Under the pieces are notes generated by a model that saw only the letters and a program-made list of their open reading frames with translations, made no database searches and was not told the DNA's origin. A DNA stretch of 64,000 nt from Paenibacillaceae bacterium (GTDB lineage Bacteria; Bacillota; Bacilli; Paenibacillales; UBA4045), in assembly GCA_040880185.1 (NCBI GenBank), contig JBBDIY010000058.1, positions 8,046 to 72,045 on the forward strand. Reading direction: 5' to 3'. Below are positions 36,462-46,620 of this stretch, one piece after another (within the stretch, counting starts at the first letter, position 1; each line of letters begins with the position of its first letter). A program made the position numbers and the translations under genes.

Positions 36462-36695
36462 CAGCCAAATATAAGCAAATGTCAATAGCGTAGTAAAGAA
36501 AGAAGGAACTTAATCATTCTTAGAATAGCAGTTACATACGAACCCAAGCTCTGGCTGAGTAAAAAAGATACAACTCTAAAGACGATAAAAAAAGTACATG
36601 ACCAGACTAACGTTGAGCTGAAATCTAGCTTACAAATCTATACAAGATGTTGTATGATCATCCCAAGAGGATACGATCGATAAAGGTAGAAGTAG

Positions 36696-39335
36696 ATGGG
36701 AGAATCGATGGCTAGCATTCAGTTATTCAAAGGTTTAACCACAATAGAACAAGCGAGACTTCTAGGCAAGATGGAGAGAATGCAGCTTCCACAGCATAGC
36801 TTCGTCTTCATGCAGAATGACCCCGGTGATTGTATGTATGTACTCGCCAAAGGTCGCGTTGAGGTATTCGCACAATCGTCTCAAGGCAATCAATCTGTAG
36901 GTGAGATCGAAGAAGGCGAAACCTTCGGGGAGATCAATCTTCTGCTTGGCCAGCCTAGATCAGCGACCGTCATGGCGATGACCGACTTGGAGCTTTACAT
37001 CATTCGTCAGGATGTATTCGATCAATTAATTAATGAGCACGCGTCGATTGCTAATTACTTCACTCGATTACTGAGCAATCGCCTACTCAAGACGAACGAT
37101 GCGTTAATTGAATATAAGAATGTACAACAGAATCTGGCTATGGATGCACTCGAGAGGCTGCCACAAGAGCTGAGGAACATTTTCTTATTAGCATACGATT
37201 TGCCTAAGCCGTATTTTCCTTATATAGAGGATTATTGTGGGATTGAATCTCTTGAACAGAAATTCGCAGAGCAAGAGAATATGAAACAGTTGTATACGAT
37301 AGATGAGCAGCATCTAATCGTGAATTCAAGCTCTCTGGAAACGTTGAAGCAAACAGCTGCTGCAGAGGTCGATAGCATGGAGCTGGAGCACTTCGTATTA
37401 ACATTCGTCGATCTTTACATGCAGAATGAGCTGATGGACGAGGCCGTAGCTTTATTGCTACAGCATCAGTTATGGAACGAAGCCTGTTTCCTCATTAATA
37501 GTCGTTTGGTAGTGGTAGAGGATGCGGATCAATTGAAATTTAATACGGATTTGTTAGATATATGTCCCAATGAGGTATTATTCTCCACAGAGCAGACGAA
37601 GGTGTTATTCTTCTACCTAGATGCGAAGCTACAGGTTAGCCCTTATCAAGGATTTTCACGGGTGGAAGAGATGATTCAGCGAAATGATGGTGAAATTTCC
37701 CCGCAGGTGAAGATCAAGCTATATGAGTATATGATCGCCTTCTGTGATAAACTCGGCTTCGAGCAGAAAGCTTTGGAATATTATCAGTTTCTGATGAGTG
37801 CAAGTCAGGTCGCTGTATCACAGCAGAATTTGTCCACTGGTGCTGATCCTGAGCATCGCAAACGTGCTTTTGCCCTTGCCAAATTGAATTACGAGAGCAC
37901 GAAAAACCTGAAGCAGCTTGGAGCAGCCCATTCATTCATTCGCAATGAGAAGTGGACTTCTATATGGTGTTTGGCGTTTGTGTTAGCTGCACTCACGTTC
38001 TTCTACTTATCCCCACCATTCGCTGGCCTAGATCGAGACGGGATGATATTCATCGGGATTACGTTGTCTGCGGTTGTCCTATGGATGGTCAATATTATCC
38101 CTGATTACTTAGTATCTCTACTCATGTGCATGAGCTGGGTGTTATTCGGACTTGTTGAACCACCGATTGCCTTATCGGGATTCTCGAATGCGGTGTGGCT
38201 GTATATCATATTCGCACTGCTCCTGGGTGCAGCGATAACAACCTCGGGACTCATGTATAGAGTGTCCCTTCATTTGCTGCGTATATTCCCTAAGAGCTAT
38301 CGGGGGCAGTTGCTTGGGTTGTCAGTGGCCGGTCTAGCCTTGAATCCAATTATTCCTTCAGGTATGACCAAGGTTGTCTTATCCACGCCAATCTCCATGA
38401 GTATAACGGAATCGCTTGGATTCCATGATCGCAGCAAGGGATCCGCAGGGTTGGTGTTATCTGGCTTTATTTTCTTCGGATATGCAACACCCTTCTTACT
38501 CACATCCGGTCTTGGCAACTTTCTAGCGCTAGGACTTGTACCTGGTTATCATATATCGTTCTTAGCTTGGGCTTGGTATGCATTGCCCGCCTTCCTTCTA
38601 TTCTCAGTGCTCATGATCATGGGTATTCTATATCTGTATAAACCCGAACCGGTCAAAAGTCGACTATCCAATGAACTCATACACCAGCAGTTAGGCACAC
38701 TTGGGAGATTGACGAAATCGGAGAAGGTGTTAATCCTGACCCTAGTTTTCGTCATTGTGATGCAGATCCTCCAGCCGATTCATCAGGTATCCGGCGTGTG
38801 GATTATGCTCTGTGGTATCGCCTTCTTAATCATCAACAAAGTGTTGGATAAGAATGCAATTCGCAGCTTGGTCGATTTCACGGTGCTGCTGCATCTGGGC
38901 ATTGCGATTGGCTTCTCTAAGGTAGCCTCTGAGCTAGGTGTTGCTGCTTGGTTCTCAGATAGCTTATTGGTAGGCTTAAGTCCATTCACATTCTCGCCCT
39001 ATGTATTCCTTCCTGTGCTGATCCTGTTCATTTACATACTGTGCTTCTTTATTTACTCAACACCGGCCATTATTCTACTTATTGTAGCCTTACTTCCTCT
39101 ATTCCAGAGCTTAGGCATCGATCCTTGGATTCTCATATTCATTGTGCTGTTATCGGCAGATCCTTTCATCGTTCCCTATCAATCTGAAGTCTACTTGGCG
39201 GCGTATTATTCGTCGAATGAGAAGGGCTTTACTCATCGTCAAGGGCGCAAGTTAGCATTCTTATATTGTGGAGCCGTTATCGTGATTGTATTCGCAAGTA
39301 TTCCCTTCTGGACAATGATTGGACTACTTGGATAA
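36696..39335 (+). CDS. Cyclic-nucleotide-binding domain / helical linker / SLC13-DASS-like anion permease fusion protein
   Basis: N-terminal CAP_ED (FKGLT...GETFGEINLLLGQPRSATV). About 300-aa helical middle region. C-terminal ~460 aa with more than 10 TM helices of ion-transporter superfamily type. A start at ATG 36708 is also possible. Confidence 0.7.
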   Translation: MGESMASIQLFKGLTTIEQARLLGKMERMQLPQHSFVFMQNDPGDCMYVLAKGRVEVFAQSSQGNQSVGEIEEGETFGEINLLLGQPRSATVMAMTDLELYIIRQDVFDQLINEHASIANYFTRLLSNRLLKTNDALIEYKNVQQNLAMDALERLPQELRNIFLLAYDLPKPYFPYIEDYCGIESLEQKFAEQENMKQLYTIDEQHLIVNSSSLETLKQTAAAEVDSMELEHFVLTFVDLYMQNELMDEAVALLLQHQLWNEACFLINSRLVVVEDADQLKFNTDLLDICPNEVLFSTEQTKVLFFYLDAKLQVSPYQGFSRVEEMIQRNDGEISPQVKIKLYEYMIAFCDKLGFEQKALEYYQFLMSASQVAVSQQNLSTGADPEHRKRAFALAKLNYESTKNLKQLGAAHSFIRNEKWTSIWCLAFVLAALTFFYLSPPFAGLDRDGMIFIGITLSAVVLWMVNIIPDYLVSLLMCMSWVLFGLVEPPIALSGFSNAVWLYIIFALLLGAAITTSGLMYRVSLHLLRIFPKSYRGQLLGLSVAGLALNPIIPSGMTKVVLSTPISMSITESLGFHDRSKGSAGLVLSGFIFFGYATPFLLTSGLGNFLALGLVPGYHISFLAWAWYALPAFLLFSVLMIMGILYLYKPEPVKSRLSNELIHQQLGTLGRLTKSEKVLILTLVFVIVMQILQPIHQVSGVWIMLCGIAFLIINKVLDKNAIRSLVDFTVLLHLGIAIGFSKVASELGVAAWFSDSLLVGLSPFTFSPYVFLPVLILFIYILCFFIYSTPAIILLIVALLPLFQSLGIDPWILIFIVLLSADPFIVPYQSEVYLAAYYSSNEKGFTHRQGRKLAFLYCGAVIVIVFASIPFWTMIGLLG

Positions 39336-39398
39336 CTTGAATGCCTGATATATAATAGCGATTATAGTTATTCTTACCATACATAAAAGAGGTGTTCA

Positions 39399-40916
39399 AT
39401 GGATCACAAAATTTCAAAGACTACGCCAGCAGTTATCGGATTATTGCTGGGTATGTTCGTAGCGGCATTGGATCAGACCATTGTTGCTACTGCAATGCCA
39501 ACCGTTGTTAAGGAACTCGGTGGATTCGAATTGTTCGTCTGGGTATTCTCAGCCTATATGATCGCTTCTGTAGTGGCGACTCCGATATTCGGTAAGCTCT
39601 CCGATATTTATGGACGCAAACGATTTTTCTTGCTAGGTCTCGCTGTATTCCTAATAGGTTCAATCCTCTGCGGAATATCCACATCGATGGCACAGTTGAT
39701 TATCTTCCGATCGATTCAAGGGATTGGGGCAGGAGCTCTAATGCCGATCACCTTTGCGATCATCTTCGATATCTTCCCTCCAGAGAAAAGGGGCAAGATG
39801 AATGGCTTGTTCGGAGCCGTATTCGGTCTATCTAGTGTGTTCGGACCACTTCTCGGTGCGTTCTTCACGGATTACATCGATTGGCGTTGGGTATTCTATA
39901 TTAACTTACCACTGGGTATTGTTTCCTTCGTCTTAATTTATACGGCTTATCACGAAAACTTGCATAAGAGGAAGCAACAAATCGACTGGACCGGTATATC
40001 GTTCTTCATCATCGCTATACTAGGTTTGATGTTCGCTATTGAATTTGGCGGGTCGAATACATATGCTTGGCTTTCCGCGCAAATTATCGGTCTATTCATC
40101 ATCTTCGTCGTATTCCTTATCGCCTTCTTATGGGTAGAAACGAAGGTAGCTAATCCGATGGTCGAGCTTAGTTTATTCAAGAATAGGGTATTCTCGGCTA
40201 GTCAGACTGTGAGTTTCTTCTATGGAGCAATTATGGTTACAGGAGCCACCTTTATCCCATTATTCGTTCAAGGTGTGTATGGAGAATCAGCGAGTGCGGC
40301 TGGACAGACATTGACACCGATGATGCTGGGTGTAGTAGTCAGTAGTATGCTGGGTGGGATGTTCATTAATAAGACATCATATCGTTCGATCATGATTGTC
40401 TCCACGATCATTCTAATTGGTTCCATGTTCCTTTTAAGTACAATGACCGTGGATACACCGAGATGGACCGTTACGGTTTATATGGTATTCGTTGGTCTGG
40501 GCATCGGAATGAATTTCTCTGTACTGAACGTATCTACACTGCACGGAATTGGCAATGAGCATAAGGGTGCTGCTGTATCCCTCATCGCCTTCTCTAGAAC
40601 AATTGGTTCTGCTCTGGGTGTAACCATTCTCGGTGCATTCCAGAAAACAAATTTCACGGAGCACATCGACGAATCATTCTCAGATCCAGCAATTCGAGCG
40701 CAGTTTCCGAATCCAAGGGATTTATTAGATCCTATGATTCGAACCAATTTAACCTCGGATGTGTTGCAGAAGGCGACTTCGGCACTGGCAGATTCTATCG
40801 CATATTTATTCGTTGTTGGTTTAATCATTAGTGGGCTCGCTTTAATCTGCGTGTTCTTCTTAGGTAAAGCTAAGATTGAGCTCTCACCCAAGCAACAAGA
40901 AAAAGTCGTCGAATAG
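39399..40916 (+). CDS. MFS transporter, DHA2 (EmrB/QacA, 14-TMS) family
   Basis: Blocks LDQTIVATAMPTV, GKLSDIYGRKR, 14 hydrophobic segments. Confidence 0.85.
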   Translation: MDHKISKTTPAVIGLLLGMFVAALDQTIVATAMPTVVKELGGFELFVWVFSAYMIASVVATPIFGKLSDIYGRKRFFLLGLAVFLIGSILCGISTSMAQLIIFRSIQGIGAGALMPITFAIIFDIFPPEKRGKMNGLFGAVFGLSSVFGPLLGAFFTDYIDWRWVFYINLPLGIVSFVLIYTAYHENLHKRKQQIDWTGISFFIIAILGLMFAIEFGGSNTYAWLSAQIIGLFIIFVVFLIAFLWVETKVANPMVELSLFKNRVFSASQTVSFFYGAIMVTGATFIPLFVQGVYGESASAAGQTLTPMMLGVVVSSMLGGMFINKTSYRSIMIVSTIILIGSMFLLSTMTVDTPRWTVTVYMVFVGLGIGMNFSVLNVSTLHGIGNEHKGAAVSLIAFSRTIGSALGVTILGAFQKTNFTEHIDESFSDPAIRAQFPNPRDLLDPMIRTNLTSDVLQKATSALADSIAYLFVVGLIISGLALICVFFLGKAKIELSPKQQEKVVE

Positions 40917-41019
40917 GAAGCTTTCTTACGAACCGATCGGAGTTTTTCTTATAATGATCATGCATTTGGTGTATACTGGTGAACAAAGATTTCTAATCCT
41001 TATAAAGGGCTGATTTGAA

Positions 41020-42678
41020 TTGGAAACGAAAGTACCTTCATCTCATTTTATACGTAACATTGTTATTGAGGATCTTAAAGCTGGTAAAGTGAAGGATATT
41101 GTAACGAGATTCCCCCCAGAGCCGAACGGTTATTTGCATATTGGCCATGCGAAGTCGATTTGTCTAAACTTCGAGCTTGCTGATGAATTTAACGGTAAAA
41201 CTAATCTACGCTTCGACGATACGAATCCGGAGAAGGAAGACACCGAGTTTGTCGAGTCCATTCAGGAGGATGTTCGTTGGTTAGGCTTCGAGTGGGACAA
41301 TCTGTTCTTCGCCTCAGACTATTTCGAATATATGTACGACCGTGCCGAGTTGCTCATTCGTAAAGGTAAGGCTTATGTATGCGAACTTACTGCTGATCAG
41401 ATGAGAGAGACGCGTGGGACATTAACTCAGCCAGGTACAGACAGTCCATATCGGAACCGTTCGGTGGAGGACAATCTTGATCTGTTCAGTCGGATGCGTC
41501 AAGGTGAGTTCAAGGATGGGGAGAAGGTACTGCGCGCCAAGATTGACATGAGCTCTCCGAATATCAACTTGCGTGATCCTGTCTTGTATCGTATATCCCA
41601 TACGACTCACCACAGAACGGGGGATAAGTGGTGCATTTATCCGATGTATACTTACGCCCATCCGCTTGAGGATGCGATAGAGGGTGTAACCCACTCGATC
41701 TGTACATTGGAGTTTGAGGATCAACGGCCATTCTATGATTGGGTTATTGCCGAATGTGAGACCGAGCATCAGCCGAAGCAATATGAATTTGCTAGATTGA
41801 ACATGACGAATACGGTTATGAGCAAAAGATTATTTAAACAGCTCGTCGATGAACACATCGTGGACGGCTGGGACGACCCGCGGATGCCGACGATATCCGG
41901 TTTACGGCGCAAGGGCTTCACGCCGGAATCGATTCGCGCTTTCGCAAGAGAAATTGGTGTCGCGAAGAGCAATAGCACCGTGGACGAGCGATTGCTCGAG
42001 CACTTTATCCGCGAAGATTTGAAGCTAAAGGCACTGCGAACAATGGCTGTCTTAAAGCCGCTGAAGGTCGTTATTACGAACTATCCAGAAGGGCAGACGG
42101 AGCAGCTAGAGGCGGAGAACAATTCGGAGAATCCCGAGATGGGCAATCGGCTCATTCCATTCTCCCGCGAAATTTATATTGAGCAGGACGACTTTATGGA
42201 AGAACCTCCCAATAAGTATTTCCGTCTGTTCCCGGGCAACGAAGTACGTTTAAAGAATGCCTACTTTATCAAATGTAATGAGTTTATCAAGGATGATCAG
42301 GGCAATGTTATCGAACTTCATTGCACGTACGATCCAGAGACGAAGAGCGGCTCTGGCTTTACAGGCCGCAAGGTGAAGGGAACGATCCATTGGGTCGACG
42401 CACAACTTGCACTTCCTGCGGAATTCCGCTTGTACGAGCCCTTGATTATGGATGCAGAGAAAGAGGATGGTGACTCCTTCCTCGAGCATATTAACCCGAA
42501 CTCCATTGAGATCATTGAAGGGTTTGTAGAGCCAACGCTCAAGGACTCCGTCGCGCAGGATAAATTCCAATTTTTCCGCCATGGTTACTTCAACGTAGAC
42601 CCGAAAAATTCTACGAATCAACGCTTAGTATTCAATCGGATCGTATCATTGAAGAGCTCGTTTGATGCTCGCACATAA
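41020..42678 (+). CDS. glnS: Glutamine--tRNA ligase
   Basis: Class I motifs: HIGH (YLHIGHAKS) and KMSKS (VMSKR). The [12 protein letters not shown] block fits GlnRS length and architecture. TTG start. Confidence 0.85.
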   Translation: METKVPSSHFIRNIVIEDLKAGKVKDIVTRFPPEPNGYLHIGHAKSICLNFELADEFNGKTNLRFDDTNPEKEDTEFVESIQEDVRWLGFEWDNLFFASDYFEYMYDRAELLIRKGKAYVCELTADQMRETRGTLTQPGTDSPYRNRSVEDNLDLFSRMRQGEFKDGEKVLRAKIDMSSPNINLRDPVLYRISHTTHHRTGDKWCIYPMYTYAHPLEDAIEGVTHSICTLEFEDQRPFYDWVIAECETEHQPKQYEFARLNMTNTVMSKRLFKQLVDEHIVDGWDDPRMPTISGLRRKGFTPESIRAFAREIGVAKSNSTVDERLLEHFIREDLKLKALRTMAVLKPLKVVITNYPEGQTEQLEAENNSENPEMGNRLIPFSREIYIEQDDFMEEPPNKYFRLFPGNEVRLKNAYFIKCNEFIKDDQGNVIELHCTYDPETKSGSGFTGRKVKGTIHWVDAQLALPAEFRLYEPLIMDAEKEDGDSFLEHINPNSIEIIEGFVEPTLKDSVAQDKFQFFRHGYFNVDPKNSTNQRLVFNRIVSLKSSFDART

Positions 42679-42710
42679 TATATTGTGCGCTTAATATTGC
42701 ACGACACATA

Positions 42711-42746
42711 GACATGGAGAGCGTTATACATCTCCGTGTCTTTTTG
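42711..42746 (+). terminator. Rho-independent terminator of glnS
   Basis: GACATGGAGA-10 nt loop-TCTCCGTGTC followed by TTTTTG. Confidence 0.75.
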
Positions 42747-42844
42747 TCATAAATCGACCAAATTATTGTCACGAATTAGCCTATTCTTCTTTTGTTAGCT
42801 TATTAATATTTGGGATAGAATAGAATCGAATGGGTGTGATAGCA

Positions 42845-43222
42845 ATGCGAATTAACATGAAGACAATTTATGTAGTCTTGGTCTTAGTATTCTTGCTCAC
42901 CGCTTGCTCAAGTGGAGAGAACACGACTTGGGATCCGGCTGAAGTGGATGCGATTCTTTCAGCAGATCCATCTCCTGTTAAAGCTGGGGTAGAAGTGAAG
43001 TTGATCGCCCAGATGACAGGGATACCTGATAAGAAGGGTGCAGATATGAAATTTGACATCATCATTGACGGGAAATCAAATCTGAGTGGTAGTCATGAGG
43101 AGGGAGCAGGAGTTTACTCATTATTGTTTGTATTTCCGCGACCGGATACCTATGACGTCTATCTTCATTATTATCTAGATGGCGAGCATATTACTAAGCT
43201 GAAACGAATGGAAGTATTATGA
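42845..43222 (+). CDS. FixH/YtkA-like lipoprotein, first gene of the nosDLYF-like operon
   Basis: Lipobox LTAC. Small beta-rich mature domain. Stop overlaps the nosD-like start (ATGA). Alternative starts at 42830 and 42857. Confidence 0.6.
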   Translation: MRINMKTIYVVLVLVFLLTACSSGENTTWDPAEVDAILSADPSPVKAGVEVKLIAQMTGIPDKKGADMKFDIIIDGKSNLSGSHEEGAGVYSLLFVFPRPDTYDVYLHYYLDGEHITKLKRMEVL

Positions 43223-44550
43223 GCTTCTCACGCATGCTCGGCTTATTTGTAAGCATAATCTTCCTGATCAATTTACTGTTGCCTGGTTATCACGTATCAG
43301 GTCAATCGCCCTCGGACCTGCAAGTCATGATTGATGATGCCATGCCAGAAGAGACGATTGTCATTCCGACAGGTAGTTATGAGGGGCCGCTTGTGATCAA
43401 TAAGCCCTTGACGATTGTAGTAGACGGTGACGTGAACCTTGTAAACAAGAGCAAGGACCCGGCAATCCGGATAACAGCGGACAGCGTTCATATAAAGGGG
43501 CTATCGATTGTCGATATATCTGCGAAGGAGTCCGCATCCATTCTTATAGAAGCAGATCACGTTGTGATTGAAAACTTGAACATTCGAACCGCTTCATACG
43601 GCATTCGGCTTGATGATGCAAGTTTTAATGAGATTCTAAATTCGGAGATTGTTTGGGAGTCTGCGGTGACTCGTGATGCGAAACTGTCCGCTAAACGTAA
43701 CGGAATTGATTTGTTTGAATCACATGACAATCGCTTGTTCGGCAATACCATCTCGGATTTGCATGACGGAATATATTTGGAAAGCAGTGATCGTAATCTC
43801 GTGGAGGACAATCAAATTTACCGGTCCCGGTACGGGGTGCACTGCATGTACACGGACGGCACGATCATCCGAAACAACGTCGGTTCATTCAATATTACAG
43901 GTGCAATGGTGATGGCCGTCCGAGACGTGGAGGTCGCTAACAATTACTTTTATAAGCAGAACGAGAGTGTAAACTCACAGGGCATCCTGCTGTTTGATGC
44001 GCATTCGTCACATTTTTACGATAACAAAGTGGAAGGCAACCGAGTTGGATTTTATATCGAATTATCTTCAGATAATATGATCATGCACAATCAAGTTAAG
44101 CAGAATTTCATCGGCATCCAATTAATCGAGGCGAGTACCAATCATCTAAGTGATAATCTATTCAGTGGGAATGTAATTGAAGCGGAAGCAAGGTCAAGTG
44201 CCAACAATAATGTGGACGGTAACTTCTGGGATTCATTTCGCGGAATTGATCTGAATGGAGATGGAAGAAGCGAGATAACAAACGCAATTAACCCCTTTTT
44301 TCAAACGATAGTTAAGGCTCGTCCGGCGTTTCAACTGTTTTTTCAATCACCAGGAATGATTTTCCTGCAAGAGATGTTTCAATCTGATCGGCAACAATGG
44401 ATGACAGACCATAGTTCGTTAATGGAACCGCCTGCGGATATTCAAGACGAGCTGTCTAGTCATGCTGACGCAGGTACGGGAATTATGGGAGTATTCATGC
44501 TTATGGTGGCAATCACGACAATATTCTATTTGGGGGTAAGACGATCATGA
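43219..44550 (+). CDS. nosD: NosD-like periplasmic/extracytoplasmic parallel beta-helix protein
   Basis: Signal peptide. Repeated N-x-I/V beta-helix turns (NLNIRTASYGIRL, NQIYRSRYGVHCM, NKVEGNRVGFYIE). C-terminal TM anchor. Context with nosL/Y/F. Confidence 0.75.
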   Translation: MSFSRMLGLFVSIIFLINLLLPGYHVSGQSPSDLQVMIDDAMPEETIVIPTGSYEGPLVINKPLTIVVDGDVNLVNKSKDPAIRITADSVHIKGLSIVDISAKESASILIEADHVVIENLNIRTASYGIRLDDASFNEILNSEIVWESAVTRDAKLSAKRNGIDLFESHDNRLFGNTISDLHDGIYLESSDRNLVEDNQIYRSRYGVHCMYTDGTIIRNNVGSFNITGAMVMAVRDVEVANNYFYKQNESVNSQGILLFDAHSSHFYDNKVEGNRVGFYIELSSDNMIMHNQVKQNFIGIQLIEASTNHLSDNLFSGNVIEAEARSSANNNVDGNFWDSFRGIDLNGDGRSEITNAINPFFQTIVKARPAFQLFFQSPGMIFLQEMFQSDRQQWMTDHSSLMEPPADIQDELSSHADAGTGIMGVFMLMVAITTIFYLGVRRS

Positions 44551-45086
44551 AAAGTAAATATGTAAGGATGATGATTGCATTTAGTCTGGTAACTGTCCTC
44601 TTAGTCGGGTGCGGAGAGAAAAAGTATGAAGCAGTTGCGGTGAATGAAGCAGTGGACAAATGTGATATTTGCAACATGCAGGTAAACGATGACGGCTTTG
44701 CAACGCAATTGATTACAGAGGAAGGAAAGGTGTATAAGTTCGACGATTTGGGCTGTATGAATGAGTGGAAGAAGAAAAATGGCACAGACGAGATCATAAA
44801 CGAATTTGTGCGTGATCAAGAAACTAGAGAATGGATACATGCGGACAAAGCGTATTATGCATACGATCCTTCCTTCAAGTCACCGATGGCGTACGGGATT
44901 ATTTCTTTTAAGGACAAGCAATCAGCTGAGCAATTTATAGGTGAGCAGGGCGTAGGTGATCTCATGAGCTGGTCTGACTTGTCTTCTCACACGTGGCTTA
45001 GAAACAAGGACAATATGCATATGCCAATGGGGAATCACGAAGAGAAAGCTCATGAAGAGTATAAGGCATTGGATAAACATTCGTAA
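44547..45086 (+). CDS. nosL: NosL-like copper-chaperone lipoprotein
   Basis: Lipobox LVGC, CDICNM metal motif, YKFDDLGCM block. Confidence 0.75.
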   Translation: MKSKYVRMMIAFSLVTVLLVGCGEKKYEAVAVNEAVDKCDICNMQVNDDGFATQLITEEGKVYKFDDLGCMNEWKKKNGTDEIINEFVRDQETREWIHADKAYYAYDPSFKSPMAYGIISFKDKQSAEQFIGEQGVGDLMSWSDLSSHTWLRNKDNMHMPMGNHEEKAHEEYKALDKHS

Positions 45087-45901
45087 TGCTTGTCCTTCAT
45101 GTTGCGTTACGCGAGGTGAAGATTGGCTTCCGCAATCCATGGGCTTACTCCTTCTTAGGTCTTTTCAGTATATTTAGTCTCACATTGCTGCTCATACAGG
45201 CGCAGAATGTTGTAGAGGGTTACTCTGGTTTAACCGGCTCGATGTTGAATTTGATTTTGTATCTCCTGCCATTAATGACTTTGCTGCTAGGCTCCTTCTC
45301 ACTCACAGCAGAGAAGGAAGAAGGAAGCTGGGAGCTATTATCCACTTATCCGATTAGCACATTCGCGTTCATCTCCGGCAAATTTATAGGCATGGCCATT
45401 GTTTTGATAACCATCATAGCTTTTGGCTTCGGACTCACGGGATTGATCGGAGCAATTGGAGGTAGGGGATTTGAAGTCACTACATTCGGATTGTTCTTTG
45501 CCTTTTCCGTTGGCCTCGTCTTATTATTCCTTGCTGTTGCCCTTGGAATCGGCACAATCGCCCGCAATCGTTGGCAAGCGCTCACGATCGCGGTTGCGGT
45601 ATGGTTTTTTGCGATTATCGGATGGCCTGCGCTCTTGATGGCCGGACTCGGACTGCTACCCTATCTCTGGATCAAGCTTGCTGTTGTTGGCTTTACCATA
45701 CTCAATCCAGCCGAATTGGTGCGATTATTCATTATTGTTAAATTAGGTGGTGGATCCGTGCTTGGGCCGGAGTACTATCAGTGGGTAGACTGGATTAAAC
45801 GTCCGCTAGGCACTATATCTTTCTTGCTGCTATGTACGCTCTGGGTCGGAACGGCGATTAGCTTCACCAATTTCATGTGGGAACGGGGGCGTTCCAAGTG
45901 A
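45086..45901 (+). CDS. nosY: NosY-like ABC-2 permease
   Basis: 271 aa, 6 TM. TAATG overlap with nosL. Confidence 0.75.
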   Translation: MLVLHVALREVKIGFRNPWAYSFLGLFSIFSLTLLLIQAQNVVEGYSGLTGSMLNLILYLLPLMTLLLGSFSLTAEKEEGSWELLSTYPISTFAFISGKFIGMAIVLITIIAFGFGLTGLIGAIGGRGFEVTTFGLFFAFSVGLVLLFLAVALGIGTIARNRWQALTIAVAVWFFAIIGWPALLMAGLGLLPYLWIKLAVVGFTILNPAELVRLFIIVKLGGGSVLGPEYYQWVDWIKRPLGTISFLLLCTLWVGTAISFTNFMWERGRSK

Positions 45902-46620
45902 ATGAACCTATTGTCGAGATGAGCGATGTTCTGAAATTGTTGAATAAACAAACCATAGTGGATCAAGTCAATTTGTCAGTGAAGCAAGGAGAGGTGTTAG
46001 CGCTGTGCGGTGCCAATGGAGCTGGGAAAAGCACACTACTCCGCCTGCTTGTGGGCATTATGCAACCTACGAAAGGAACGATTCGAATTAAGGGTTTGGA
46101 ATGGAAGGGCCATCGAAGAGAATACGCGGGATTGATCGGTTATATGCCGGACGATTATCGATTCAGCAATGGCTTGACCGCGAGGGAGACATTGCAATTC
46201 TGGGCGTCCTTACGTGGTTTGCCTGCTAAGCGCGCGGATGAGGTGCTTGATGTTGTGGGTTTGGCAGATACGGGCAGGAAGCCGGTATCGTCTCTCTCCA
46301 AAGGTATGCGGCAACGTGTGTTGTTCGCCCAAGCGATGCTGGCTAAGCCGCCGGTTTTGGTGCTTGATGAGCCGACGAATGGCTTGGATCCGTTCTGGAT
46401 GAACAGCTTTATCCAATTGATCCGTTCGGTGAAGGAGGAAGGGCACACCGTCATTTTCTCTACACACCAGCTTCAGATCGCTGAGGTGTTGGCGGATCAT
46501 GCGGTGTTCATGAATAACGGTCGAATCGAACTGGACGATACGACTGAGAATATTCGGTCGCGGTTTGGCGCGAGAGGGCTGCATGATGCATTTGCAGGTT
46601 TATTCATGAATAAGAAATGA
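45898..46620 (+). CDS. nosF: NosF-like ABC ATPase
   Basis: Walker A GANGAGKST, signature LSKGMRQR, Walker B LVLDEPTNG. GTG start at 45898 overlaps the nosY stop (GTGA). The track ORF begins at 45877. Confidence 0.8.
   Translation: MNEPIVEMSDVLKLLNKQTIVDQVNLSVKQGEVLALCGANGAGKSTLLRLLVGIMQPTKGTIRIKGLEWKGHRREYAGLIGYMPDDYRFSNGLTARETLQFWASLRGLPAKRADEVLDVVGLADTGRKPVSSLSKGMRQRVLFAQAMLAKPPVLVLDEPTNGLDPFWMNSFIQLIRSVKEEGHTVIFSTHQLQIAEVLADHAVFMNNGRIELDDTTENIRSRFGARGLHDAFAGLFMNKK

Noticed and set aside
40917-41019. T-box or other riboswitch leader upstream of glnS
   Set aside because: The leader is only about 100 nt. I could find no specifier loop or T-box sequence, and no terminator/antiterminator pair.
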